From: Flaccisagitta enflata
Lineage: Eukaryota
DNA: 64,000 nucleotides
Reading direction: 5' to 3'
Assembly: GCA_965153355.1 (NCBI GenBank)
Contig: OZ231126.1
Location: forward strand, 35,960,001-36,024,000
Below are positions 32,796 through 48,239 of the stretch, piece by piece. The notes beneath the pieces were generated by a model. The model searched no databases. It was given only the letters and a program-made list of their open reading frames with translations, and was not told the DNA's origin. The translations under genes were made by a program, and so were the position numbers. The first letter of the stretch is position 1. Each line of letters opens with the position of its first letter.

Positions 32796-33272
32796 ATTGA
32801 CGCATGAAGCACACGCACACAAAAATCGATTCTTAAGCCACTTGACGGAGTAATGGAAAAAAACTGCGAAGAGATGCATAGCTATTAGCCATAGATATAT
32901 TGGCCGATTATATCGAGCTAAGATGGAATTCAGGTATATTTCGTCAGGGAAAAAAGAAGAACATGTCATGAGGGAAATTGAAAAGGAAATATAAACCACC
33001 GCAAATCTTTTTTTTCGGCAATGTTTTTTTTTCCGTCGTGAAGGATTTCAATTCAGAACTCTTCGAAGGTTCGTGACATCAAATGTAACGACGTATACCA
33101 TTCATATTGAATGTACGCAACTATGAAGAGTTGATGGGAAAAATGGGAAAAATACCCATACAATGCATAGGTACACATGGGAAGATGATTCTCAAAAGGA
33201 CTCTGGTGTTGGAAGACAACGATGCATATGCGTTGTATGCCATTGCTATTTAATACATCCTTAGGTGATTTG

Positions 33273-35502
33273 TTTTTAGTCGCGTGCACGCGACTCTACA
33301 ACCCGCTCCGTCGGTCGGTCGGTCGGTCGGTCGGTCCGTCGGTCCGTCGGTCCGTCGGTCCGTCGGTAACACTTTGCTTTTTTGCGTCTTTTTGGGTCGT
33401 CTGGAGTTATTTTGAGTCATTTTTTGTTGTTTTTGGGAATTATTGGTTGCTTTTAGTCATTTTTGGTCATTTTTGGTCATTTTTTGTCATTTTGGTCATT
33501 TTGGTCATTTTGGTCATTTTTGGTCATTTTTGGTCAATTTTGGTCAATTTTGGTCATTTTTGATCAATTTTGATCATTTTTGATCATTTTTGGTCATTTT
33601 TGGTCATTTTTGGTCATTTTTGGTCATTTTGGTCATTTTTGGTCATTATGGTCATTTTTGGTCACTTTTGGTCATTTTTGGCCATTTTTGATCATTTCTG
33701 ATCATTTTTGATCATTTTTGATCATTTTCTGTCATTTTTGGTCAATTTGGTTATTTTTGGTCTTTTTTGGTCATTTTGATCATTTTTGGTAATTTTGGTC
33801 ATTTTTGGTCATTTTTGGTCATTTTTGGTCATTTTTGGTCATTTTTGATCAGTTTTGGTCATTTTTGGTCATTTTTGGTCATTTTTGGTCATTTTTGGTC
33901 TTTTTTGGTTATTTTGGTCATTTTGGTCATTTTGGTCATTTTGGTTGTTTTTGGTCATTTTTGGTCATTTTTGGTCATTTTTGGTCATTTTTGGTCATTT
34001 TGGTCATTTTTGATCATTTTTTGTTATTTTGGTCATTTTTTGTCATTTTTGATCATTTTTGGTCATTTTCGGTCATTTTGGTCATTTTTGGTCGTTTTTG
34101 GTCATCTTTGGTCTTTTTGGTCATTTCGGTCATTTTTGGTCATTTTTGGTCATTTTTGGTCATTTTTGGTCATTTTTGGTCATTTTTGGTCATTTTTGGT
34201 CATTTTTGGTCATTTTTGGTCATTTTTGGTCATTTTTGATCATTCTTGGTCATTTTTGGTCATTTTTGGTCATATTGGTCATTTTGTTCATTTAGGTCAT
34301 TTTTGGTCATTTTGGTCATTTTTGGTCATTTTGGTCATTTTGGTCATTTTGGTCATTTTTGGTCATTTTTGGTAATTTTGGTTATTTTTGGTCATTTTTG
34401 GTCATTTTTGGTTAAAGTCTGCTGGTTAAAGTCTGCTGGTTAAAGTCTGCTGGTTGAAGTCTGCTGGTTAAAGTCTGCTGGTTAAAGTCTGCTGGTTAAA
34501 GTCTGCTGGTTAAAGTCTGCTGGGTAAAGTCTGATGGTTAAAGTCTTGTGGTTTAAATCTGCTGGTTTAAATCTGCTGGTTTAAGTCTGCTGGTTTAAAT
34601 CTAATGGGTTAAGTCTGCTGGTTAAAGTCTGCTGGTTTGAATCTGCTGGTTTAAGTCTGCTGGTTTAAGTCTGCTGGTTTAAATCTAATGGTTTAAGTCT
34701 GCTGGTCTAATGGTTTAAGTCTGCTGGTTTAAGTCTGCTGGTTAAAATTATATTAAAGATAAGTATGGTTTAAGTCTGGTTTAAGTCTGGTTTAAGTCTT
34801 GTTAAAGTCTTGTTAATGTCTGGTTTAAGTCTGGTTTAAGACTGGTTCATGTCTGATTTATGTCTGGTTTAGGTCTGGGTAAGGTCTGGTTTAGGTCTGG
34901 TCTATGTCTGGTTTTTGTCTGGTTTATGTTTGATTTAGGTCTGATTTAGGTCTGGTTTTGGTCTGGTTTTGGTCTGGTTTTGGTCTGGTTTAATTCTGGT
35001 TTGAGTCTGGTTTGAGTCTGGTTTGAGTCTGGTTTGAGTCTGGTTTGATTCTGGTTTGAGCCTGGTTTGAGCCTGGTTTGAGCCTGGTTTGAGCCTGGTT
35101 TCGGTCTGGTTTAAGTCTGGTTTGAGTCTGGTTTGAGTCTGGTTTGAGTCTGGTTTGAGTCTGGTTTGAGTCTGGTTTGAGTCTGGTTTGAGTCTGGTTT
35201 GAGTCTGGTTTGAGTCTGGTTTGAGTCTGGTTTGAGTTTGGCTTAAATCTGGTTTATGTCTGGTTTATGTCTGGTTTATGTCTGGTTTATGTCTGGTTTA
35301 TGTCTGATTTAGGTCTGGTTTCGGTCTGGTTTAATTCTGGTTTGAGTCTGGTTTGAGTCTGGTTTGAGTCTGGTTTGAGTCTGGTTTGGGTCTTTTTGGG
35401 TTGCGTTTAAGTCTGGTTTTCGATAAAAAGATACAATAAGGAGTCAGGTCAGTTCAGTTATTTTTGTCCTGAACGCGACTTATAGGTGTTGGCCTTGTTT
35501 TT
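33273..35502 (+). mobile_element. HINE/DINE-1-like element (family A) carrying ~2 kb of satellite arrays
   Basis: tttttagtcgcgtgcacgcgactctacaaccc + (gtcg/gtcc)n, then 10-, 14- and 11-bp arrays, ending acgcgacttataggtgttggccttgttttt. Confidence 0.88.
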
Positions 35503-35910
35503 GTAACAATTGGGATAAATACTACAGTTTTTAAGTTTGAGAGTTTGGGGTTGACATAAGATTTTTCAAGAGTGTTGTTTCAGGATGGAGAGAGTTTCAG
35601 TTGCTTGCTAATTTTTGGAATATGGGGAGTATGAAAGGTGCCCAGATGGATATGGTCTCCTTCGGTTCGCCATATTTATCAAGTATTTTCTTGTGGTCTA
35701 CATATCTCAAGTTTAGACAGGAATTGGCGACCCTTTTCTAAATGAAACATATCTTTTGATAAGTCTTGTGATAAATTCTGAAAAGGGAAGTTTCTTTCAG
35801 AAATTTTAAGGATAATTGTGATGGGTCCTGATTATTGTTTAAAACACCATTGAGAGCTCAAAAGGCTATTGTCCTTGTTATAATGTGGAGTAGTAATGTT
35901 GTCCAACTTT

Positions 35911-36110
35911 CATAGGCAGACATGAGGCATTGGTTTTGAAATAGGCTGCGCCGCGTCACAGGAGAATAACGATGTATGTGCGTCGTATGCCATAGGCAGA
36001 CATGAGGTATTGGTTTTCAAAAAGGCTGTGCAGCGTCACAGGAGAATAACGATGTATATGTGTTGTATGCCATAGGCGGATATGGGGCATTGGTTTTCAA
36101 AAAGACTGTG
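35911..36110. repeat. 80-bp tandem repeat, ~2.5 units
   Basis: cataggc anchor at 35911, 35991, 36071. Confidence 0.9.
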
Positions 36111-36128
36111 TCAAATGAGGGTAATGAT

Positions 36129-36303
<175 letters not shown>

Positions 36304-36306
36304 CAC

Positions 36307-36410
<104 letters not shown>

Positions 36411-37034
36411 CCATTTATGATGAAGATGATATATCATCATCATAAGCCTTTGATCAGGCTGTGAGATGGTTTCACTTAACAAACACGTTTGGCTGCCACC
36501 TATTTTGTTCGTGCTTGACTCTGCAAGTGAGAAATTGTCACACTTTGTCAAGTATTTGCCACATTTCTCATTTTCCTCCGATCCGATTATGAGCTTTTCA
36601 GTTTTCACTTCTCATTCAGCTTTCATCCATGTTGCTTCAATCCGTTTGGCATTGTCCACGCAACGAACGACGGTTGGTCTGAGCGTCTATCTTTCGTCAT
36701 ATATATTTACCCATATTCCTCAATGTCCGCCAGCTTAAATAAGAGCGATATTTATAGTTGATACAAACAAATGAACAAAACACATACAGGAGATACAGGA
36801 TACATAGCAATACATTCATATTCACTGCGGCAAAAGCATAAGTGCGATGTAGAACAAGAAGGCTGGTAGAGATTCTCGAGCCTTTTTCTTTCATACTAAT
36901 CGCGAATTACTTCAGTAAAGCCGCACGCGCTGTAATCTCTGTATATAGAGGCTGATTTGTATTCTTGTTGCCCGGTTTGCTTTTGCTATTCTAAAGGCAG
37001 AGCGGATTCAAGTGAAAAATTGCGAGTGCGACAA

Positions 37035-37071
<37 letters not shown>

Positions 37072-38876
37072 GCTTTTCTCTCTGTTTTTTCCTTCCTCAT
37101 CCTCTCATATTTTTCTTTGTCCATGGTCCCATAGATTTCATAGCTGCTATGACAAGTATTCTATTTCACAAGTAAGTGCGCCTCCAGTAACTCTCAAGCA
37201 CCATCCATAGAAAGGTCAACCATATGCTATTCAGTACATTAGATATATGGTCGCTTGGCGAGCGAGCTGTATTGGCGTCCATCTCACCACAAGTGGGGTT
37301 TGTTTTCTGTAAGAACGCTCATCAAACGATTCACGGGCGTGGCCGCGTTATTGTGACACGAAGCTCAGATCGCCGTCTCAGATGTGTAGTATCGATTTCG
37401 TTTCATCGTTTGGCTAACACAATCTCATCAATTTCAGATAAGATGAACGAGTTGATCATTCGCTTTGACGTGTTGAATGTAACAGACTTCTAAAGGTATC
37501 GCACGTCCGTCACGGGGGAACCATTTTAGGCCAAATTTCGGACTAGAGTTAAGACTGAAACCATTATACTAAGATTTAGACTCGAGTGGAATAAAGTAGA
37601 ACATTCCTCATTTTTAATTCTAACTGTGGTTTTTGTTTTTACTTACTCATGGAAATTGTAAAAGTCCGGTTTATTTTATCTCTGAAAAAGTAGAGTTTAT
37701 CTTTTTTTTTTCTCAAATTCTGATTTTATTTTCACCTTTTTTTAAAATCACTCTTTTACCTATTCTAAAAAAGTAAAATATTGAAATTCTATATGAGAGT
37801 AAAACAATGTATTTTGAAAAATAATGTTGGAATGAAAAAAATCTACATTTTTCCTTTCCTGTTTTAATATTTCAAGAATTTAAAAGCAAATGATAATTTT
37901 TTTGAAAAAAAATAAAAGATATCATATTTGGAGAATTTTGAACTTAAGATTTTCAAAAATTAACAATTATAGATTTTATTAAAAGATAACATAAAAAAAT
38001 TGAAGAATCTAAATAAGGCCCAAGAAAACTTTCTTTTTGAAGCTGATTTAAAAACCACTCTAGATAGAAGGGGAAGTTAAAATTGAAAACAATTCAAGTC
38101 TGATTCAGCCTTGAGTGTTTTTAGAGCTTATTGGCCTCATTTTCAAATGAGGATTCGGCCTTTAGTGCCCTCCTCCACGTCACGCCTATAAGTTACATCC
38201 GGTGAAAAAGAGGAATGGACGAATCAATGAGAGTCAAAAGACGCGGGAACAGTTGGAATCATCTCAAATTCCACTCCCTCTTCCATTCTAATCTCTGTTT
38301 AAATTGCTTGTCATCTGAGTTTTGCACCTTTAGGCACTTCCAATTCTTTCTTTGCTTCCTGTTTGTCGTGTTGTTTTCCTCCTACTTTTTCCCGGTCCAT
38401 TTGCAGATTTTTAGATACCTCTAAAGAATAAACCATGCTAGATTCACTGCTACGTTTGGTTTGGCATGACAGGGTGTCTGAGGCGATCACCGGTGATTTA
38501 TCGATAGAACACCTTTGGAATAATTCCGCTCTGACCAACCATATGACCGACAAATGGGCCAGCGCAAGAAAGAGCATACCCATTCTAAATCGATTTGTTT
38601 AGGCCGATTTTACTGAGCTGTGTCACTGTGTGTGTCCGCGAGTCTGTGTGTCTGTGTTTGTATGTGTGTGTGTCTGCGTGCCTGCGTGTCTTTCTATCTA
38701 TCGTCCGAAACACCACCTGCAGCCCTCTTTGAAAATTTCTTGCCCTTTCTTCCCGAGAACGATTTTTTCATTTATGATTCAAAAGTTAGAGGGAAAAAAG
38801 TCATAAAAAACGTGAATATAAATCCATGGGATGTTGAGGAAAGGTGAGAAAAAAATGACAAAAAAGCAGTGGGGAG

Positions 38877-38950
<74 letters not shown>

Positions 38951-38962
38951 AACAATAACAAT

Positions 38963-39017
<55 letters not shown>

Positions 39018-39379
39018 CCAACAATAACAACAACCAGTACACGGACAAACAAACAGATAGACAGTGGGGGATGCGATAAAAGCAAAATTTTGCTTTGCCA
39101 CACGGACATTAAACAGGGCGCAATCATGTTACCTTTGTGTAAAAGGAAAACAGCATGAGACAATTTACTGCCGTGCTGCATCCCAACTTTGTATTGAGAT
39201 GAATAAGGAGAAAGAGGAAGATGAAGCTTTTACCAGTAATGGCGGCTGTCTCCGTGAGGAAAAAAGTCGTAAGCATTCGTCACTTTTCACCAAGCTTTTA
39301 TCTTCAGTCCCTGCATTTTTTTTTATTTGTTAGATCAAATCAAGAGCAATTGTATGTATTGATTGTATTGAAAATCAGA

Positions 39380-39770
39380 GAAAAATGAGCCAAATGAGCT
39401 AGATGAGCTAAAATACTCAAAATCACTCAACCAGATATCCAGCTATGCTCACTGAAATGCTTTCTTGTATTTGCATGCTCAATAAAAACATTTATTCATC
39501 CTATTAAAAATTAAAAAAAAGACTATGCTAAATGAGCTAAATGAGCTAGAATACTTAAAAACACCCACACAGATGAGCATCTCTGCTCACTGACATGCTT
39601 TCTTATATAGGCTTGCTTAAACAAGTATCAAAATATTCATTCATTTATTGCATTTAAGATCAGAAAAAAGATTAAGCTAAATGAGCTAAATGAGCTGAAA
39701 TGCTCAAAAACAACCTCACAGATGAGCAGCTATGCTCATAAATAAGTTTTCTTGTATTTGTATGCTCAAA
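39380..39770. repeat. Degenerate ~145-bp tandem repeat, ~3 units
   Basis: Recurring aaatgagctaaatgagct...cagatgagcagctatgctca...tttcttgtat blocks. Confidence 0.7.
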
Positions 39771-40579
39771 CAAACATACACTCCTTCATTAGACCTACTT
39801 AAAATCATAAAAAATTGGAAAAAATTCAATTGAATTTTTTGTAAATCAATCTTTAAAAATTCATGAAGCAAAAATTTTTTGTCGTAGAATATTCTTCTTG
39901 GCGCAAAATGAAAGAGAATTATCAAATTTTCTTACCCTACAAATTTCATCGGAGGCCATAATGAGCCCTATGAGTTCCCCAACTTCCGCTTAAGAAAATG
40001 ATAACCCGGTTTCCCTCGAATATTTCAATAAGTCGAAGACTTACTTCGACTTTTTTCCCGATAATTACAATGAAGGATACAAGTGCGACATTGAAGTAGT
40101 TACTGTTGTATCGTGGGTATTTTACAAAGTGAAATCTTTGTAAGCCCGAGACACCCCAATTACATTACACATGTTTCCAAGCAGAATTGACGAGATCTGT
40201 GACTATGGCCCCTCTCAACAAATCGACAGACAGTCAGACAGAGAGAGAGACAGACAGATAGTCGGGAAGACCGTTAACAAACGGACAGACTGAAAGAAAG
40301 ACAGCTAAAACCCATGGACGGATAAAGAATCGAACCGATAGTCAGAGAAAGATAGACAGAGAAAGACGTACAACAGGGGTAAGATTTGCTGCCTAGAAGC
40401 TTAACGTATTTCGACCTCGCTGCGCTCTGCAGCCTGTTGGTAATCAAAACTTTCCCGTCAATGGTTTTAGCTGCTTTGCATTGCAAACCTTTTCCTTTCA
40501 GACCTCTTTATTTCCTTCTTTCTATCCAACCGGGTTTCCTACCCTCCCATCTGCGTTCCACCTAGTTATTGATTCTTCG

Positions 40580-40611
<32 letters not shown>

Positions 40612-40617
40612 ATCTAC

Positions 40618-40694
<77 letters not shown>

Positions 40695-40967
40695 GATCGA
40701 TCGATCTATCTATTTATCTATCCAGCTAACAATCTATCTTTCCACTTTTTGAGTTTTTGTTTACCCATTGATCTACCTTTAAAAATGGGGAGCTGATGGT
40801 AGTTCTACTTTTCTCCGTTTCCATGCCATCATGAAGTCATATGTAACATGTTGAAAACTTACAAATGCAACTGATGCAAGGGACGCAACATGATGTTGTA
40901 TGGAGTCACTTGCGAAATGGAAGTAAAGGATACACTTAAGTATTTTATGCACGATGTATGACTTATA

Positions 40968-41492
40968 CAGTCAGCGGACAAAACACAATAGGTATATATA
41001 TCACTTCGTTGGTATTGATCCAACCAACTGATGTTGAACAGAATGCTATAAACAACAACTGGTTGTTGAAATTACAGCTGGCTGTTAAATTACAAAGTTG
41101 GCAAAAATCCAACTTTCACCAAATAGAATGAGACCTGCAGATTCATAATCCTGATGAATTTCTAAGAAGTTTGATATGTCACAACATATACTTTTACAAG
41201 AAAACAAAAAAATGATTTCATTGTTAATTTAATTATAACGCAATGTTAAAAAATTTTTTTTATAAAAAGTGTTAAGTGTGACATATCAAACTTCTCAGAA
41301 TTTCATCAGGAGTATGAATCTGCAGGTCTCATTCTATTTAGGAAAAATTTGAGTTTTGCCAACTTTGTAACTTAACAGCCGGGTGTAATTTCAACAACCA
41401 GTTGTTGTTTACAGTATTCTGTTCAACATCAGTGGGTTGGATCAAAACCGACAGAGTGATATATATACCTATTGTGTTTTGTCCGCTGACTG
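40968..41492. mobile_element. 525-bp Tc1/mariner-type MITE (long TIRs, TA TSD)
   Basis: ta|cagtcagcggacaaaacacaatagg ... cctattgtgttttgtccgctgactg|ta; arms of ~220 bp. Confidence 0.92.
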
Positions 41493-42117
41493 TATAAGAA
41501 CTCTTTTGTCCTTTTTTTTTCATCACTTTTCATCACATATTTTTTTTCTCATCTGTTTGTTTTCCTTCCATGTTTTTCCTTCAATTCCTTCTCATCCTAT
41601 TAAGTAAATTCTTTGTTTCGTTATTTCTTCTATTTCTTTTCTATACTTGGATGTTTCTTTTTTGTCTTCTCTTTGGTGCCGCCAACAAACTTAAGAAGAA
41701 AAAAAAAGAAATGAAAAAAATTCGCCTCTTAAGTAAATACAATTGGGATCAGGGAGCTAAAATCGATCAAGCAAAATTTCGAATTCATTTAGGAAATTTT
41801 TTGGAGAGTTTGAAAAAAAAGAAAGAAATGTTTACCTACTTCTTACTCTTTTATAGACTTTACACAGATCATTGCCGAGCACACAATTAAATTCAAATGC
41901 GTGTGAAGTGCCGTTGAGATGAGGAATGGTTTCGATGAAGAATTATTTGATTCGATTTGTTTGCTTTTTTTTGTTTTGTTTTTTTTTATATATTTTTTCT
42001 CGCTTTCTCAATTTTTGGTGGGAAAATTTTGTTGTGTTCATTAACAATTTCTGAAAAATTGATCATTGATCAATGTTCATTGGAAACCTAAATTCAGGGA
42101 AACAAAGTAATCCTTGA

Positions 42118-43841
42118 CACACATCTCTGGATACCCCCCCAAAGAGAATCGAAAATACCATTTTTTCTGACTGTGCTATTTGTCTTCAGGAACATGTGGG
42201 CTACTGAAAAAAACAAAAAACAAAAAAATTCTTCTGAAATTTTTTCATTTATTTCACTTTTTAGGTAAAAAAAGGGCATTTTTAGCACTTTTTAAGCAAA
42301 AAATTTTTCATGCAGCTTAAAAAATCCAAAAAAATACAGGAAATGTATGGCAATAGATAGAATATACACGTTTTTACCCTTCATAAACAGTTTTTCTAGG
42401 TATCATACAGATTAGAGCTAAAAAATGGCCTAAAAATGACGAAATATGATTTTTTTCAGTATTTTTCAGTCTAAATTTGTTTTTACAGCATTTTAACTCC
42501 TGAAAAATCCTAGAAAAGTGTAGTAGTAGTCTGAGCTTTACTACTTTTACCTTGAACAATCAGAAAATTTTGATTTTTTTTAGGTTTACAGTTAAAAAAT
42601 AGCTAAAAAATAGCAAAATATTGTGTTTTTAGGCATGTTTAAATAAATAATTATTCGTGCACTTTTATAAATAAAAAAAAAATACTGGAAATGTGTGGCA
42701 ATAGATAGAATATACATGTTTTTACCTTTCACAAAAAGTTTTTTTAGACATCTTAAAGATTAAAGTTTAAAAATGGCGTAAAAATACTGAAATATAGTTT
42801 TTTTCAGCATTTTTAAGTCTCAAATTTTTTAATACAGCATTTCAACTCCCAAAAATCCTAGAAATATGTAGTAGTAGTCTGAATTTAAATACTTTTACCC
42901 TGAACAATCAATAATTTTTTTAAGTTCATAGTTTAAAAATGGCTTTTAAAGAGCAAAATATTGTTTTTTTAAGCATTTTCAAGAAAAGATTGTTTATGCG
43001 GTGTTATAAATTTTTGGAAATTCATGAACAATCTTTTAGTTTAAGAATATCAATTTTTTGTTTTTTTAAGTTAAACTCAGACTACTACTACACATTTCTA
43101 GGATTTTTGGGAGTTGAAATGCTGTATTAAAAAATTTGAGACTTAAAAATGCTGAAAAAAAACATATTTTAGTATTTTTACGCTATTTTTAAACTTTAAT
43201 CTTTAAGATGTCTAAAAAAACTTTTTGTGAAAGGTAAAAACATGTATATTCTATCTATTGCCACACATTTCCAGTATTTTTTTTTTATTTATAAAAGTGC
43301 ATAAATAATTATTTGCTTTAAGATGCTTAAAAACACAATATTTTGCTATTTTTTAGCTATTTTTTAACTCTAAACCTAAAAAAATCAAAATTTACTGATT
43401 GTTCAGGGTAAAAGTAGTTAAGCTCAGACTACTACTACACTTTTCCAGGACTTTTCGGGAGTTAAAATGCTGTAAAAACAAATTTAGACTGAAAACTAAG
43501 GAAAAAAACCATATTTCGTCTTTTTTTGGCCTTTTTTAAGCTCTAATCTGTATGATACCTAAAAAAACTGTTTAAGAAGGGTAAAAACGTGTATATTCTA
43601 TCTATTGCCATACATTTCCAGTAATTTTTCGGATTTTCTAAGCTGCATGAATAATTTTATGCTTAAAAAATGCTAAAACTGCCCTTTTTTTACCTAAAAA
43701 GTGAAATAAATGAAAAAATTTCAGAAGAATTTTTTTGTTTTTTGTTTTTTTCAGTAGCCCACATGTTCCTGAAGACAAAATTGCACAGTCAGAAAAAATG
43801 GTATTTTCGATTCTCTTTGGGGGGGTATCCAGAGATGTGTG
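42118..43841. mobile_element. 1.7-kb foldback element with CAC...GTG termini and 4-bp TSD (Chapaev/CMC-like)
   Basis: ttga|cacacatctctggatacccccccaaag ... ctttgggggggtatccagagatgtgtg|ttga. Arms of ~770 bp are inverted, each with ~350-bp internal subrepeats; no ORF. Confidence 0.85.
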
Positions 43842-43884
43842 TTGACGTTCGCGTGTCCGTTCGTCTGGCTACATATCTGTCTGA

Positions 43885-43987
<103 letters not shown>

Positions 43988-44512
43988 CCTTGAAAAAAAA
44001 TCATTGTCTCCCTTAGTTTCATTTCAACATTTCAACATTTCTTCCATTTATCTTCCTTCTCTTCTTTTATTTTTCTCTCTCTTTTTTGATGCCGAGCCCT
44101 TTGTTTGAACGTACATTGAAAGTTGGCAAAACAGGGCGCCCTAGAATCGAAAGAAACAGTGTTTTTCTGCTCTTCGGTAGGACGAACATTTGAAATTGGA
44201 AGACGTCGGGCCTGAGTCATAGTATTGAAGCTTTTTTTGTGTCTGCCGTAATACGATGAGAGTGTGAAATACTTTTGATTTTTCCTATTTCAAGAGACGG
44301 ACGAGGAACAATCTTTCTTTTCTCCCGGGGAATGTAACTCTCCCCTCCCCCCCCCCCCCCTTCATTGCCTTATTTTCTCTTTACTTTTTTTTTTCCTTCT
44401 CTTTCCTTCTCATTCTTATATGTCTTTTATACTCATCTTTATAAGAGCGTGTTTAATGGCGATTTTAATGGTTATCTTATTCATATATCCTCATCCTTTT
44501 AGGTACAACCTA

Positions 44513-45033
44513 TTTTTAGTCGCGTGCACGCGACTCTACAACCCGCTTTGTCGGTCCGTCCGTCGGTCCGTCAGTCCGTCCGTCTGTCGGTCGGTCCGTC
44601 CGTCCGTCCGTCACACTTTACTTTTTTGTAATATATCGTCAACTCTAAGGTCATTTTAAGTCTTTATTAGTCATTAATAGTTATACTAAGTCATTTTGAG
44701 TCATTCTAAGTCATTTTAAGTCATTCCAAGTCATTTTAAGTTATTTTAAGTCATTTTTGGTCATTTGGTTTTTTAGTCATTTTAAGTCCTTTTTGGACAT
44801 TTTAGGTCATTCTAAGTCATTCTAAGTCATTCTAAGTCATTCTAAGTCATTCTTACCCTGTAAATCTCGCACGCGACTTATAGGTGTTGGCCTTGTTTTT
44901 TATTATTCTATGTCTGAATGGGACGCATCTATTAGGAATCTATCGGCCTTGTTTACAGTCTACTTTTTTAGTCGCGTGCACGCGACTCTACACCCCGTTT
45001 TGTCCGTTCGTCCGTCCATCCGTCCGTTGGTCG

Positions 45034-45064
<31 letters not shown>

Positions 45065-45216
45065 GGTCCGTCACACTTATATTTTTTTTATCTACTTTTG
45101 TCATTTCAAGTCATTTAAGAATATACTAAGTGATTCTAAGTGATTCTAAGTCATTCTAAGTCATTCTCAGTCATCATGTAAGTCTCGCACGCGACGTTTA
45201 GTTGTTGGCCTTGTTC
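44513..45216 (+). mobile_element. Two adjacent HINE-like family A copies (44513-44900, 44964-45216)
   Basis: Each starts tttttagtcgcgtgcacgcgactctaca, has (taagtcatt(c/t))n and ends gcacgcgac...ttggccttgtt. Confidence 0.85.
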
Positions 45217-45333
45217 TTCATTGTTCCCAACGTCTCATGGGACAAAAACGACGGAGAATTCGAGAATTTCAAAACTTTATGGAAGTGACGAATATTTTTT
45301 ATTTCTCCCGTTTTACTCTCCCTGCTCTCTCTG

Positions 45334-45439
<106 letters not shown>

Positions 45440-45499
45440 TATTTTCCTGAAATTTTTTCGAGAAAAAGTGACGAATTCCAACTCTACACCCGTGCGTAG

Positions 45500-45600
<101 letters not shown>

Positions 45601-46615
45601 GGGGATCGATTATCAACACGATGCAGAAACATTTCAGTTGGCTTGCATATCTCCCTCGACTTCAATAAATGCAATATATGTTTATTGACAATGTGCAATA
45701 AGAGCAATGTATCATTCCAATGCTGACAGCTCTCAGGAGAGTCGCTGTGCAATATTCGCTTTATTGTTGACTTGTAGAGCGGTTGGCCGCGGATACTGCC
45801 CCGTAAATTTAAAGACAAGTACGTTGAGACGTGTTCAATGCCAATCTTTCCATCCTGGTCATTGTGTCTGTCTCAATCTGCGGACGTCTCTTCTTCTGTC
45901 TATGTCCTATTTTCCCCCTTTGTTTCGTCTTTTCTGTCTTATCTGTGTTCGACAGAACTTCATTCTTTGAAGGGAGACAGTGAGAGTGAGTTGGTTTTAT
46001 TCTTCGGCAGATGCAGTTGTCACTGTCAGTAGACTCTTTTTTTTCATTTTCTCTGGTCTTGATTCATCTTCTTGGTAAAAATTAGATTGCCCGCTCCTTT
46101 TTCGTCTGTCAGTTTGTCACTATGTCCGTCTATCTGCCTGTCTGTTGTTCTGAGCATTTTCAGTTTTTTTTTCACCCATTCACTCTTTAGGTACATCTTT
46201 CATTCATTTATTCAATCATTCATTCATTCATTCATTCATTCAATCATTCATTCATTCATTCATTCAATCATTAATTCATTCATTCATTCATCCATTTCCT
46301 ACATTTTTCGTTCTTATTTCTCTTGAATTAACCATTCATTCATTCATTCATTCATTCATTCATTCATTCATTCATTCCATTTACCATTTGCGCCTCCCGC
46401 CGTGAGCTGGTGTCCTTCTTGATCTCGTACTACTTGCTTTTGAGTTAACGATGTTCCCGTCACAAAAATGAAAGTGCAACGAAAAAAAACATAAGTAAAA
46501 GAGGAGAGAGAAGAATGGAAAAAAGTAGAAGATGGTTGCGACGATAATGTTGTTTCCCTCCGCTCACCCGTCGCATCTTCCGTTGAAAAAATACATGGGC
46601 TAGAAATACTAATCC

Positions 46616-46707
<92 letters not shown>

Positions 46708-46709
46708 TT

Positions 46710-48015
<1,306 letters not shown>

Positions 48016-48239
48016 AATGATTATTGGAACGAGTTTCACTTCGATCACGCCTATATTTAGCGAAAATTTGTCAATATCTTCGACGTCTACACGTCTGATT
48101 GGACCAAAACTTGTCAGTTTCGCCAGTTTCATATTCATCATGAATAGTCTCGCAAGAACATATGTGCTGTTAAATTATTCAGATTGTGACTTGTGAGTAT
48201 TCACATCAAAATATGAAAAAAAATTGGCAGTGGTTTTTT

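Noticed and set aside
33767-34443. FGHFWSFLVI repeat ORFs
   Set aside because: Translation of a 10-bp satellite with irregular indels.
34410-35420. Interstitial telomeric repeat
   Set aside because: G/T-rich, but units are 11-14 bp, not TTAGG/TTAGGG, and lie inside a mobile element.
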